From contig JANXZC010000079.1 in NCBI GenBank assembly GCA_025355725.1, forward strand, positions 2,680 to 66,679: a stretch of DNA of 64,000 bases. Reading direction: 5' to 3'. This stretch comes from Syntrophus sp. (in: bacteria). GTDB taxonomy: Bacteria; Desulfobacterota; Syntrophia; Syntrophales; UBA8958. Made by a program: the position numbers and the translations under genes. The notes under the pieces are model-generated. The model made no database searches. It saw nothing but the letters and a program-made list of their open reading frames with translations, and had not been told where the DNA came from. Below are positions 16,591 to 25,230 of this stretch, one piece after another. Position 1 is the first letter of the stretch, and the number at the start of each line of letters is the position of its first letter.

Positions 16591-17474
16591 TCAAAAGTAT
16601 GACCGGCTTCGGCCGGGTAGAAGCGGTTTCCGCCGGCAAAAGAATTCAGGTGGAAATGAAATCCTTAAACCATCGTTATCTGGAAATTTTCCTGCGCATG
16701 CCGTCGGCAATCTCATTCCTGGAGACGGAAATCAAGAAGAGGATCGGAGAGCGTTTCTCCCGGGGCAAAATTGAAGTCTCCATCCGTATTGACAATAATG
16801 AAGGTAATCAGGATGGGACGCAAACGCTGATGTTGAATCTCCCCCTGGTCCGTCAGTATTACTCCCTCCTCAGCCAGATCAAGGATGAGCTTCATCTTCC
16901 CGATGAGGTAACCCTGGATATGATGTCCGGATTCAGGGATTTATATGTGCCCAAGGAAGTAGAGGAGGACTTGGACTGTCTCTGGAAGGGTCTGGAGGGA
17001 GTCCTTGCCGAAGCTATGGATAAATTGACGGACATGAGGACAACGGAAGGAGAAGCCCTCGGCAGGGACCTCGCTTGCCGAATGGATAAAATTCAACAGC
17101 TTCTTCGGATCATCGCCCTGCGGGCGCCGGAAGTCGTTGTCGAATATCGCCAGCGACTTAGTGACCGGGTCAGAGATTTGACCCAGGGCATTATCATTGA
17201 CGAGGCCCGCATTCATCAGGAAGTGGCGATCCTGGCCGAGAAAAGTGATATCACCGAAGAGGTGGTCCGGTTGGAGAGCCATATCGGTCAGTTCATGGAA
17301 CTCCTGGAAAGCGAAGAAGCGATTGGTCGCAAGGTAGACTTCCTCATCCAGGAGATGAATCGGGAAGTCAACACCATCGGCTCCAAGAGTGGGGACGCGG
17401 AGACAGCCCGTCAGGTAATTGAGATCAAAAGTGAACTGGCAAAGGTGAGGGAACAGATCCAGAATGTCGAATAG
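16587..17474 (+). CDS. yicC: YicC-family stress-induced protein
   Basis: N-terminus MIKSMTGFGR and C-terminal KVDFLIQEMNREVNTIGSK are characteristic. It sits in the conserved yicC-gmk-rpoZ neighbourhood. Confidence 0.85.
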   Translation: MIKSMTGFGRVEAVSAGKRIQVEMKSLNHRYLEIFLRMPSAISFLETEIKKRIGERFSRGKIEVSIRIDNNEGNQDGTQTLMLNLPLVRQYYSLLSQIKDELHLPDEVTLDMMSGFRDLYVPKEVEEDLDCLWKGLEGVLAEAMDKLTDMRTTEGEALGRDLACRMDKIQQLLRIIALRAPEVVVEYRQRLSDRVRDLTQGIIIDEARIHQEVAILAEKSDITEEVVRLESHIGQFMELLESEEAIGRKVDFLIQEMNREVNTIGSKSGDAETARQVIEIKSELAKVREQIQNVE

Positions 17475-18075
17475 TGCTGTTGTCATAATAATATCGGCGC
17501 CTTCCGGGACCGGCAAGACATCCATTTGCAGGTCCATATTCCGACAGTTCCCGGATATCAGGTTTTCCGTCTCCTATACAACCAGACCGCCGCGTTCGGG
17601 AGAGGTTGATGGCCGGGATTATTACTTTGTTACGGAAGATGTCTTCAGAGAAAAGGCGCAAAATGGAGAATTTGCCGAATGGGCTGAAAATTATGGCCAT
17701 CACTATGGGACATCAAGGCGGGTGGTTGAGGAGATTCGGTCCCGGGGGGAGGACCTGATTCTGGATGTCGAACCCCGTGGGGCCAGAGCCCTAAAGGAAT
17801 TATATCCTGACGGTGTCTTTGTTTTTGTCCTGCCCCCCGATCTCGAAGAGCTGAAAAAGCGTCTGCAGAAACGCGGGGCTGAAGATGATGAGATCCGGGA
17901 AAGACGCTTTCAAAAAGCAAAAGATGAAATCAGGGAAGTTGTATGGTATGATTATATCATCGTCAATGATCGTTTGGAGAGCGCGGTTGAGAAACTGCGG
18001 GCTGTCTATCTGGCGGAAAAGTGTAGAAGAGAGCGGCAACGCCCTGTTATTGATGGTTTTATGAAGGAAGCATAA
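17464..18075 (+). CDS. gmk: Guanylate kinase
   Basis: P-loop ISAPSGTGKTS, SVSYTTRPPRSGEVDGRDYYF and 203 aa. Confidence 0.9.
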   Translation: MSNSAVVIIISAPSGTGKTSICRSIFRQFPDIRFSVSYTTRPPRSGEVDGRDYYFVTEDVFREKAQNGEFAEWAENYGHHYGTSRRVVEEIRSRGEDLILDVEPRGARALKELYPDGVFVFVLPPDLEELKKRLQKRGAEDDEIRERRFQKAKDEIREVVWYDYIIVNDRLESAVEKLRAVYLAEKCRRERQRPVIDGFMKEA

Positions 18076-18114
18076 TCATTATATGTGGTTTGTAAATGGA
18101 GGTTGAATATTTGT

Positions 18115-18393
18115 ATGGCTAGAATTACTGTTGAAGACTCGCTTCGAGAAGCAAAAAACCGTTTTGCCCTGGTCCAACTCACATCCCAGCGGGCTCTGCA
18201 GCTCATCAAGGGATCAAAGCCCCAGCCCCTGGGTGAAGTCCGGAACAATCGGGAAATTGTCATGGCCTTAAGAGAGATAGCTGCGGGCAAGGTTCTTTAT
18301 GCCCATCCGGAGAACCTGAGATATACGAAGGACAATTTCCTTCCTATTCTCGATCACACCGAGTTTATCGATGATGACGAGTACACGGAATAA
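18115..18393 (+). CDS. rpoZ: DNA-directed RNA polymerase subunit omega
   Basis: MARITVEDSLREAKNRFALVQLTSQRALQL. ATG at 18115 follows GGAGG (18098-18102); the track ORF starts earlier, at 18085. Confidence 0.85.
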   Translation: MARITVEDSLREAKNRFALVQLTSQRALQLIKGSKPQPLGEVRNNREIVMALREIAAGKVLYAHPENLRYTKDNFLPILDHTEFIDDDEYTE

Positions 18394-19138
18394 TCCTCCT
18401 CAAGACCGTCTGATATTTGCGCTGGATATCGGCAGCGGCGGGATGGAAGAAGTCCTGTCGTGGGTTGACTCTCTGCGCGGGCATGTCGGTCTCTTTAAAG
18501 TCGGCAAGGAGGCCTTTACGATTTATGGCCCGGCGCTTATCGACAAGATCCATGAACGAGGGGCCCGTGTCTTTCTCGACCTGAAATATCACGATATACC
18601 CAATACCGTAGCGAGAGCTGCGGAAGGGGCTGTCGGCCTGGGGGTGGCCATGTTCAATGTCCATGCCGCGGGGGGACGCAGCATGATGGTCGCGGCGGCG
18701 GCCGCCGCAAATCAGGCGGTGGAGCGTCTGCATTTGCCGATGCCCCTCCTTATTGCCGTGACGGTACTGACTAGCCTTAGCGATGAGGATTTGCGGGAGA
18801 TAGGATTTCATAAAACGACGATGGAAGCGGTGCTTAATTTTGCCCACATGGCCCAGGATGCCGGACTGGCGGGGGTGGTGGCATCCCCCCGGGAGATCGA
18901 TGGTATCCGGAAGGCCTGTGGAGACGATTTTGTGATTGTTACTCCCGGCATCAGGGGTAGCGGCACCGTTGCCGGGGATGATCAGAAAAGGACACTTTCC
19001 CCTGAAGAGGCCATCGCAGCGGGAGCAGATTATCTTGTGGTCGGCAGACCCATCCGCATGGCGACAAATCCGGCCTCCGAGGCGGATCGGATCGTGGAGG
19101 CCATTGCCAGGGGATTGCAGGCAAGAGGCGCGCTTTGA
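18371..19138 (+). CDS. pyrF: Orotidine 5'-phosphate decarboxylase
   Basis: LIFALDIG, FLDLKYHDIPNTV, VTPGIR and LVVGRPI motifs. Confidence 0.9.
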   Translation: MMTSTRNNPPQDRLIFALDIGSGGMEEVLSWVDSLRGHVGLFKVGKEAFTIYGPALIDKIHERGARVFLDLKYHDIPNTVARAAEGAVGLGVAMFNVHAAGGRSMMVAAAAAANQAVERLHLPMPLLIAVTVLTSLSDEDLREIGFHKTTMEAVLNFAHMAQDAGLAGVVASPREIDGIRKACGDDFVIVTPGIRGSGTVAGDDQKRTLSPEEAIAAGADYLVVGRPIRMATNPASEADRIVEAIARGLQARGAL

Positions 19139-19153
19139 ACAACCTGCCATCTA

Positions 19154-19279
19154 ATTCCGTTTCTAAATCAAAACGCTATCTTCGTTGGCTTCGTCATCGG
19201 CTCCTCGACGAACTGCCATATACGCCTGCATCGCCTCTTCCTTGCCGCCTTGATTTCATCTTTGATTTGGAAACGGAAT
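19154..19279. repeat. 19-nt inverted repeat pair enclosing 88 nt (MITE-like element or structured leader)
   Basis: Left arm attccgtttctaaatcaaa (19154-19172). Right arm tttgatttggaaacggaat (19261-19279) is its reverse complement with one mismatch. Confidence 0.6.
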
Positions 19280-19284
19280 AAGCC

Positions 19285-20082
19285 GTGACGGTGATACGGA
19301 TGAAGAGCGCCCCGGATATCAAGAAAAAATCATCCCAGATGATTTACGGCATAAATCCCCTTTGGGAAGCCATTAAAAACAACCCCCGGGAAATATTGAG
19401 AATTGCTGTCACCCCCGGTAAAAAGGGTGAACAGGTCCTCAAGATCCTGGAAGAAGCCTCCCGTTTTTCTGTTCCCGTTGTGGAGCTCGATCGGGCGAGA
19501 CTGGATAGATTGGCCGATTCAGGGGTGCACCAGGGGATTGTGGGCACGATCCGGCCTTACGCCTACGTCGATCTGGAGGAGATGCTTGAGCAGGATCAAG
19601 AAACTCTCCATGGCCGGATAGTAGTCGTCCTTGATAGCATTACGGACCCCCAGAACCTTGGGGCCATTATCCGCACCGCCCACTGTTTTGGAGCTGCCGG
19701 GGTGATCATTCCCCAGGATCGCTCCGCTTCCGTTACACCGACGGTTGCCAAGGCGTCGGCCGGGGCGGTTCACCATTTGCCGGTGACAATGGTTGCCAAT
19801 TTGTCCCGGACCCTCGACACCTTGAAGGAAAAGGGATTCTGGATCTATGGGACGGACTCCGGGGCCGGGCTGGATCCGCGTTCGGTGACCTTTGACGGAA
19901 AGATTGCCCTGGTCATGGGTAGTGAGGGCCAGGGGCTCAGGGACCTGATCCGCAAAAAATGTGATTTCCTTTTATCGATTCCCATGATAGGAAAGATAGG
20001 TTCTCTTAATGTCTCGGTGGCGACGGGGATTGTCATGCATGAAATGTTTCGCGGGCTCATGAATCCTCGGGAAACTGAATAA
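19285..20082 (+). CDS. rlmB: 23S rRNA 2'-O-ribose (Gm2251) methyltransferase RlmB, SpoU/TrmH family
   Basis: IYGINPLWEAI, LDSITDPQNLGAIIRTA, LVMGSEGQGL and IPMIGKIGSLNVSVA. The start is uncertain: GTG 19285 or ATG 19300. Confidence 0.75.
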   Translation: MTVIRMKSAPDIKKKSSQMIYGINPLWEAIKNNPREILRIAVTPGKKGEQVLKILEEASRFSVPVVELDRARLDRLADSGVHQGIVGTIRPYAYVDLEEMLEQDQETLHGRIVVVLDSITDPQNLGAIIRTAHCFGAAGVIIPQDRSASVTPTVAKASAGAVHHLPVTMVANLSRTLDTLKEKGFWIYGTDSGAGLDPRSVTFDGKIALVMGSEGQGLRDLIRKKCDFLLSIPMIGKIGSLNVSVATGIVMHEMFRGLMNPRETE

Positions 20083-20131
20083 TGATCTGTTGGTGACGGC
20101 GAATTATATAGAATGCCAGATAGGAGATCAT

Positions 20132-21343
20132 ATGCCGGTATTTATCTGGGAGGCGACGACCAGAAGAGGTGAGGTAAAAAAGGGCGAATTGGACGCCGTC
20201 GATGAGGCAAATGCCCGGGGCATGCTGCGCCGGCAGGGTTATCGGTCCATAAACATCAAGGCCAAGCCCAAGGGCCTCGAAGAATACCTTCCCTTTCTTA
20301 AGCAGAAGATCACCGAAAAAAATGTCGTCATCTTTGCCCGTATCTTTGCGACCATGATCAATGCCGGTCTCCCCCTGATTCAATGTCTGGAACTTCTAGC
20401 GCAGCAGGAACAGAACAAGACCTTTGCCAAGGTCATTGCCGCGATCAAGGAGGACATCGAAGGAGGGTCCACCCTGTCGGATGCCCTGAAAAAATATCCC
20501 AAGGTCTTCGATAACCTGTTTGTAAATCTGGTGGCGGCGGGAGAAAGCGGCGGTATCCTTGATGTTATTCTGCAACGCCTTTCAAGTTACATGGAAAAGG
20601 CGATGAAGCTTAAATCCAAGGTAAAGGGGGCCATGACATACCCGGCAAGCGTCCTGGTTATTTCCATTGGCGTTGTCGCCCTCCTGCTTCTCAAGGTCAT
20701 ACCCGTTTTTCAGAAGATGTTTGAAGGGATGGGGGGAGAACTGCCCGGTCCTACCCAGTTTCTCGTCGATGCCAGCGCCTTTACCCAGAAGTACTTCCTC
20801 GTGATGTTCGGCGCCGTCGGATTGGCATTTTTTGTCTTCAACCGAGTTGTGGCCACTGAGCGCGGCCGCTATCTGTTCGACAAGGCGGTGCTGAAATCCC
20901 CTGTCTTTGGCGACCTGCTGAAAAAGGTTGCCGTCGCCAAATTCACCCGCACCATGTCCACCATGATGTCCAGCGGGGTGCCCATCCTGGAAGGATTGGC
21001 CATTGTCAGTAAGACGGCGGGAAATGTTATCATCGAGAAGGCCCTCATGGAAACCAGGAGAAGTATCGCTGAAGGAAAGACCATCGCCGAACCCCTGGCG
21101 GAAACGGATATTTTCCCGGCGATGGTGGTGCAGATGATCGCCGTGGGAGAGGCGACGGGGGCCTTGGATACAATGCTTGCGAAGATCGCCGATTTTTATG
21201 ATGACGAAGTTGATACGGCTGTGGACGCCATGACGGCGCTCCTGGAACCTTTTATGATGGTATTTCTGGGCGGCGTGGTCGGCGGTATGATCATCGCCAT
21301 GTATCTGCCCATTTTCAAAATGGCGTCGGTGGTAGGGGGTTGA
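20132..21343 (+). CDS. pilC: Type IV pilus / type II secretion platform protein (PilC/GspF family)
   Basis: Two GspF repeats (SGGILDVILQRLS, ATGALDTMLAKIADFYD) and 3 TM segments. ATG at 20132 follows AGGAG. Confidence 0.85.
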   Translation: MPVFIWEATTRRGEVKKGELDAVDEANARGMLRRQGYRSINIKAKPKGLEEYLPFLKQKITEKNVVIFARIFATMINAGLPLIQCLELLAQQEQNKTFAKVIAAIKEDIEGGSTLSDALKKYPKVFDNLFVNLVAAGESGGILDVILQRLSSYMEKAMKLKSKVKGAMTYPASVLVISIGVVALLLLKVIPVFQKMFEGMGGELPGPTQFLVDASAFTQKYFLVMFGAVGLAFFVFNRVVATERGRYLFDKAVLKSPVFGDLLKKVAVAKFTRTMSTMMSSGVPILEGLAIVSKTAGNVIIEKALMETRRSIAEGKTIAEPLAETDIFPAMVVQMIAVGEATGALDTMLAKIADFYDDEVDTAVDAMTALLEPFMMVFLGGVVGGMIIAMYLPIFKMASVVGG

Positions 21344-21351
21344 TAAAAAAA

Positions 21352-21428
21352 TGGTCGGGATGGCGCGATTTGAACGCGCGACTCCTGCGTCCCGAACGCA
21401 GTGCCCTACCAAGCTGGGCCACATCCCG
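21352..21428 (-). tRNA. tRNA-Pro (anticodon CGG)
   Basis: The reverse complement folds as a cloverleaf. Acceptor CGGGATG/CATCCCG, anticodon stem CTGCG/CGCAG, loop TTCGGGA, T-loop TTCAAAT, encoded CCA. Confidence 0.9.
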
Positions 21429-21524
21429 ACGGAGTGATCAAATATAAAATTACTTGGGAAAAGTCCAATACTATTTTCAATGGATTTGCAAAAACCCATT
21501 TTTTCTTTTTTATGGAGATGATGC

Positions 21525-21938
21525 GTGATTATTTATGATCTGCGCTGTGATCATGGGCACAAATATGAGGGCTGGTTTCAGGATCGACAGGCCTTTGAAA
21601 CTCAGCGGTCCCGCAAATTGATCACCTGTCCCGTGTGCGGAAGTATGGAGACGGAAATTGTTCCCGCCTCTATTACGCTGCTGGGAAAGGATAAGGGACC
21701 GGTAAAACGTAACGATGTGGAAATCTCCCCCCTGAAATATCTGGAGCAGTTGCATCAGCAGATCGACAAATATTTTGACGATGTCGGTGAACAGTTCGCG
21801 GAAGTTGCGATCAGGATCCATCGCGGGGAGGAAGATCAACGCAACATCCGTGGCATCACGACGGAAAGGGAGGAGGACACCCTCCGTGAGGAAGGGGTGC
21901 CCTTTGTTAAAATTCCTGTTCCCAAATTTGACAGTTGA
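21525..21938 (+). CDS. DUF1178-family zinc-ribbon protein
   Basis: MIIYDLRCDHGHKYEGWFQDRQAFETQRSRKLITCPVCGS matches the DUF1178 N-terminal signature as I recall it. GTG start. Confidence 0.65.
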   Translation: MIIYDLRCDHGHKYEGWFQDRQAFETQRSRKLITCPVCGSMETEIVPASITLLGKDKGPVKRNDVEISPLKYLEQLHQQIDKYFDDVGEQFAEVAIRIHRGEEDQRNIRGITTEREEDTLREEGVPFVKIPVPKFDS

Positions 21939-22012
21939 CAGCGTCGCGAAAAGTCCGTCCGGCGGTCAAAGTTGACGGACCGGCAAAAAGTTAACCAAGG
22001 TGAATTATATAA

Positions 22013-24322
22013 ATGAAGCCCTCCTGCGCCAGCATTCTTGATACAATCGGTAATACGCCTCTGGTGGAGATCTGCCGCCTTCACAGCAATCCGGGGGTCA
22101 AGGTCTTTGCCAAGATGGAGTGTTTTAATCCCGGGGGTTCTATAAAGGACCGGGCGGCCCTGACTATGATCAACGGTGCCGAAAAGCGAGGAGAACTTAC
22201 CAGGGACAAGGTTATCCTGGAAGCGACCAGCGGCAATACCGGCATAGGTTTGGCACTGGTCGCTGCAGCCAGGGGATACCGGCTTTGTCTGACCATGTCG
22301 GAGGCGGCCAGCGAAGAAAGAAAGAAGATTCTGAAGGCCATGGGCGCGGAATTGTTTTTTACCCCCGCCAATCTTGGCACCGACGGGGCCATCGAGACTG
22401 CCTATAATATGATGCGGGAGGATCCGGATAAATACTTCGGAACGGATCAGTTCAACAACCCCGACAACATCCTGGCCCACTATGAGGGTACAGGGGAAGA
22501 AATATGGCAGCAAACGGAAGGGAAGGTGTCCATGGTGGTGACAGCCCTGGGGACGACGGGTACGGCTATGGGCATATCCCGGCGCCTCAAGGAATACAAC
22601 CCCGCCGTCAAGATCATCGGCGTCGAGCCCTATCTCCAACACAAGATCCAGGGTCTCAAGAATATGAAGGAATCTTATCGGCCCGGGATCTTTGACAAGG
22701 ATTGCCTCGATGAAAAGGTCAACATCCTCGACGAGGACGCCTTTGAAATGTCCCGGCGCCTCGCCCGGGAAGAGGGCTTATTCGTGGGGATGAGTTCCGG
22801 CGCGGCCATGCATGTCGCCCTCCAGAAGGCCAAAGATCTGGACGAAGGAATCATCGTGGTCATCTTTCCGGACAGCGGCGAACGGTATCTCAGCACGGAC
22901 CTGTTTGCGGACCGGCGGGAAACGACGCTTCGCCTCTACAATACCCTGAGTCGGCAGAAGGACTTCTTCAAACCCCTGCGCCCCGAAGAGGTCCGTGTTT
23001 ATTCCTGTGGGCCCACCGTCCATGACGTGCCCCATATCGGCAGTTACCGGAGATTTGTTGTGTCCGATCTCCTGCGGAGGTACCTCGAATACCGGGGCTA
23101 TACGGTCAAGCATGTGACCAATATAGTTGATCTGGCAGATCGATCTATCCGGGGTGCGGAGCGGACCAACACGGATCTGGCCACGTACACGAACCGGTGT
23201 ACGGAGGCATTCCTCAGGGATATTGGAAAGTTGTGCATCAAGGGCGATGAGGTCTATCCCAAGGCAAGTGAGCACGTCGAGGATATGATCCGGATGGTCG
23301 AGAAACTGGTAGGCAAGGGATATGCCTATGAAAAGCTGCGTTCCGTCTATTTTGATATCTCAAAGTTTAATGACTACGGGAAGCTGTCCAACGTCGACCT
23401 CAGCAAGGTTCAACATGGCCGGACCATTGATCTGGATGATTACGAAAAGGACAGCCCTGTGGACTTTGCCCTGCTGAAACGCTCTAACCTAAGCGAGTTG
23501 AAGAAGGGCGTGTATTTCAAGACCCGCTGGGGGAACGTCCGGCCAAGCTGGCATCTGGAGTGCGCCGCCATCTCCATGAAATATCTGGGAGAGGCCTTTG
23601 ATATTCATGTCAGCGGCTCCGATATTACCTTTCCCCACTGCGAAAATGTCCTGGCCATCGGCAAGGCGGCGACGGGAAAGGGGATTGCCAACTATTGGCT
23701 TAGTACGGAACTGGTAATGATCGACGGCAAGAAAATGTCCCGTTCTCTGGGCAACGTCCTGACGATGGAAGACCTGGAAAATAGAGGCTACCAGGGCCGG
23801 GAGGTCCGTTTTTTCCTGCTCGGCTCCCACTACCGTAAACCCCTGAATTTTTCCTGGGGGTCTATGGAAACGGCCAAAAATACGGTCAGAAAGCTGAATC
23901 ATTTCATCCAGCGCCTGATCCGTTTTACTCCCGGCGAGGGTTTCCCCGACACGGATCAGCTGATCTATGATGTGAAGCAGGGTTTCGCAAGCGCTCTTGA
24001 TGACGACCTCAATATCTCCGGCGCTCTTGCTTCTCTCTTCGACTTTATCAATAAGGTGAGCGTCCCCCTGGCCCGGGGTCATTTCAATCAAAGGGAAAGG
24101 GACCGCGTTCTGGAAGTGATGACGGGGCTGGACAGTGTTCTGGGAATCATGCATTTTGAAGAAGAAACGATTGGTATCGAGGTACTGAAATTGTTGGACG
24201 AACGAGCCGCTATGCGGAAAGAACAGCGCTGGCAGGAGGCCGATGCCGTCCGGGAAAAACTCGCGGCCCTGGGCATCGATGTCTATGACACCCCGCAGGG
24301 CAGTTTCTGGAGACATGACTGA
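22013..24322 (+). CDS. Fusion protein: cysteine synthase (CysK/CysM, PLP fold type II) + cysteinyl-tRNA synthetase paralog
   Basis: Residues 1 to about 303 carry GGSIKDR (PLP lysine), TSGNTG, GTTGT and SSGA. From about residue 304 (nt about 22922) there is a full CysRS: LYNTLSRQK, CGPTVHDVPHIGS, WHLEC, FPHCENV, KMSRSLGN and the C-terminal ...QRWQEADAVREKLAALGIDVYDTPQGSFWR. It is one uninterrupted ORF. Confidence 0.85.
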   Translation: MKPSCASILDTIGNTPLVEICRLHSNPGVKVFAKMECFNPGGSIKDRAALTMINGAEKRGELTRDKVILEATSGNTGIGLALVAAARGYRLCLTMSEAASEERKKILKAMGAELFFTPANLGTDGAIETAYNMMREDPDKYFGTDQFNNPDNILAHYEGTGEEIWQQTEGKVSMVVTALGTTGTAMGISRRLKEYNPAVKIIGVEPYLQHKIQGLKNMKESYRPGIFDKDCLDEKVNILDEDAFEMSRRLAREEGLFVGMSSGAAMHVALQKAKDLDEGIIVVIFPDSGERYLSTDLFADRRETTLRLYNTLSRQKDFFKPLRPEEVRVYSCGPTVHDVPHIGSYRRFVVSDLLRRYLEYRGYTVKHVTNIVDLADRSIRGAERTNTDLATYTNRCTEAFLRDIGKLCIKGDEVYPKASEHVEDMIRMVEKLVGKGYAYEKLRSVYFDISKFNDYGKLSNVDLSKVQHGRTIDLDDYEKDSPVDFALLKRSNLSELKKGVYFKTRWGNVRPSWHLECAAISMKYLGEAFDIHVSGSDITFPHCENVLAIGKAATGKGIANYWLSTELVMIDGKKMSRSLGNVLTMEDLENRGYQGREVRFFLLGSHYRKPLNFSWGSMETAKNTVRKLNHFIQRLIRFTPGEGFPDTDQLIYDVKQGFASALDDDLNISGALASLFDFINKVSVPLARGHFNQRERDRVLEVMTGLDSVLGIMHFEEETIGIEVLKLLDERAAMRKEQRWQEADAVREKLAALGIDVYDTPQGSFWRHD

Positions 24323-24340
24323 GGTAAATGTAGACAAATG

Positions 24341-24369
24341 AATAAACAAATCAAATGTTTATTGTTTGG
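24341..24369 (+). terminator. Weak AT-rich hairpin, possible terminator
   Basis: AATAAACAaatcaaaTGTTTATTgtttgg: an 8-bp AT stem with only a short, interrupted T run. Confidence 0.3.
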
Positions 24370-24418
24370 CGTTTCTGATTATGACCCGTGGGTATGAATG
24401 GATGATGCTAAAAAGTGC

Positions 24419-24447
24419 TTGACAAAATAAATCAATAAATCTAAAGT
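24419..24447 (+). promoter_or_regulatory. Sigma-70 promoter candidate for the tRNA-rpmG-secE-nusG unit
   Basis: TTGACA (24419-24424), a 17-nt spacer, then TAAAGT (24442-24447). AT-rich UP-like sequence lies upstream, about 80 nt before the first tRNA. Confidence 0.5.
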
Positions 24448-24529
24448 CCCCAATTCGCATTTTCGGTGTGGTTTAGCCGAATGCGTCTTATTTACTTAAG
24501 CTCTTTGAATAATTAGCGAACTGCGTTTT

Positions 24530-24602
24530 GCTGGCGTAGCTCAATCGGTAGAGCAGCTGATTTGTAATCAGCAGGTTGCGGGTTCGAGTCCCATCGCCAG
24601 CT
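24530..24602 (+). tRNA. tRNA-Thr (anticodon UGU)
   Basis: Acceptor GCTGGCG/CGCCAGC, anticodon stem GCTGA/TCAGC, loop TTTGTAA, T-loop TTCGAGT. There is one C-A mismatch in the T stem, and CCA is not encoded. Confidence 0.85.
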
Positions 24603-24626
24603 TCATAAATGATGATGAATTTCGAT

Positions 24627-24711
<85 letters not shown>

Positions 24712-24763
24712 TTTTTTTTACGCAGTGCGCGTCGTTGGCAACGGCGATCCTGAAAAAGTTGAT

Positions 24764-24839
24764 GCGGGAGTAGCTCAGTGGCTAGAGCGTCAGCCTTCCA
24801 AGCTGAGGGTCGCGGGTTCGAATCCCGTTTCCCGCTCCA
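24764..24839 (+). tRNA. tRNA-Gly (anticodon UCC)
   Basis: Acceptor GCGGGAG/TTCCCGC, anticodon stem TCAGC/GCTGA, loop CTTCCAA, T-loop TTCGAAT, CCA encoded. Confidence 0.9.
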
Positions 24840-24852
24840 TCAGGAAAGATTG

Positions 24853-24928
24853 GCCCACGTAGCTCAGTCGGTAGAGCACATCCTTGGTAAGGATGAGGTC
24901 ACCAGTTCAATCCTGGTCGTGGGCTCCA
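24853..24928 (+). tRNA. tRNA-Thr (anticodon GGU)
   Basis: Acceptor GCCCACG/CGTGGGC, anticodon stem CATCC/GGATG, loop TTGGTAA, T-loop TTCAATC, CCA encoded. Confidence 0.9.
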
Positions 24929-24954
24929 CTTAAAGATTAAAGGTGGTTAAGATT

Positions 24955-25104
24955 ATGAGAAATATTATTACTTTAGCCTGTACAGAGTGTAAGCAGAAAA
25001 ATTACACGACCACAAAGAATAAGCGAACCATGCAGGGTCGACTCGAACTGAAAAAATTCTGTAAGTTCTGTCGGTCTCATAAGGCCCATAGGGAGACGAA
25101 GTAG
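24955..25104 (+). CDS. rpmG: 50S ribosomal protein L33
   Basis: Not in the ORF track because it is only 49 aa. My translation is [49 protein letters not shown], with the CxxC...CxxC zinc knuckle and an upstream RBS AGGTGG. Confidence 0.9.
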   Translation: MRNIITLACTECKQKNYTTTKNKRTMQGRLELKKFCKFCRSHKAHRETK

Positions 25105-25143
25105 ACTTTGTCCTCCTTTCGTAGCCATATTGAGTTATCAGAC

Positions 25144-25220
25144 AGGCCAGTAGCTCTAATGGATAGAGCGCCGGACTCCAAATCCGGATGCTGGGGGTTC
25201 AAGTCCCTCCTGGCCTGCCA
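25144..25220 (+). tRNA. tRNA-Trp (anticodon CCA)
   Basis: Acceptor AGGCCAG/CTGGCCT, anticodon stem CCGGA/TCCGG, loop CTCCAAA, T-loop TTCAAGT, CCA encoded. Confidence 0.9.
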
Positions 25221-25230
25221 TTTTTATTGA

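Noticed and set aside
21953-21980. The hairpin GTCCGTC...GACGGAC upstream of the cysK-cysS fusion was considered as a T-box or riboswitch element.
   Set aside because: The whole leader is only 74 nt, with no specifier, T-box sequence or terminator/antiterminator alternative. It is more likely a simple stem after the DUF1178 gene.
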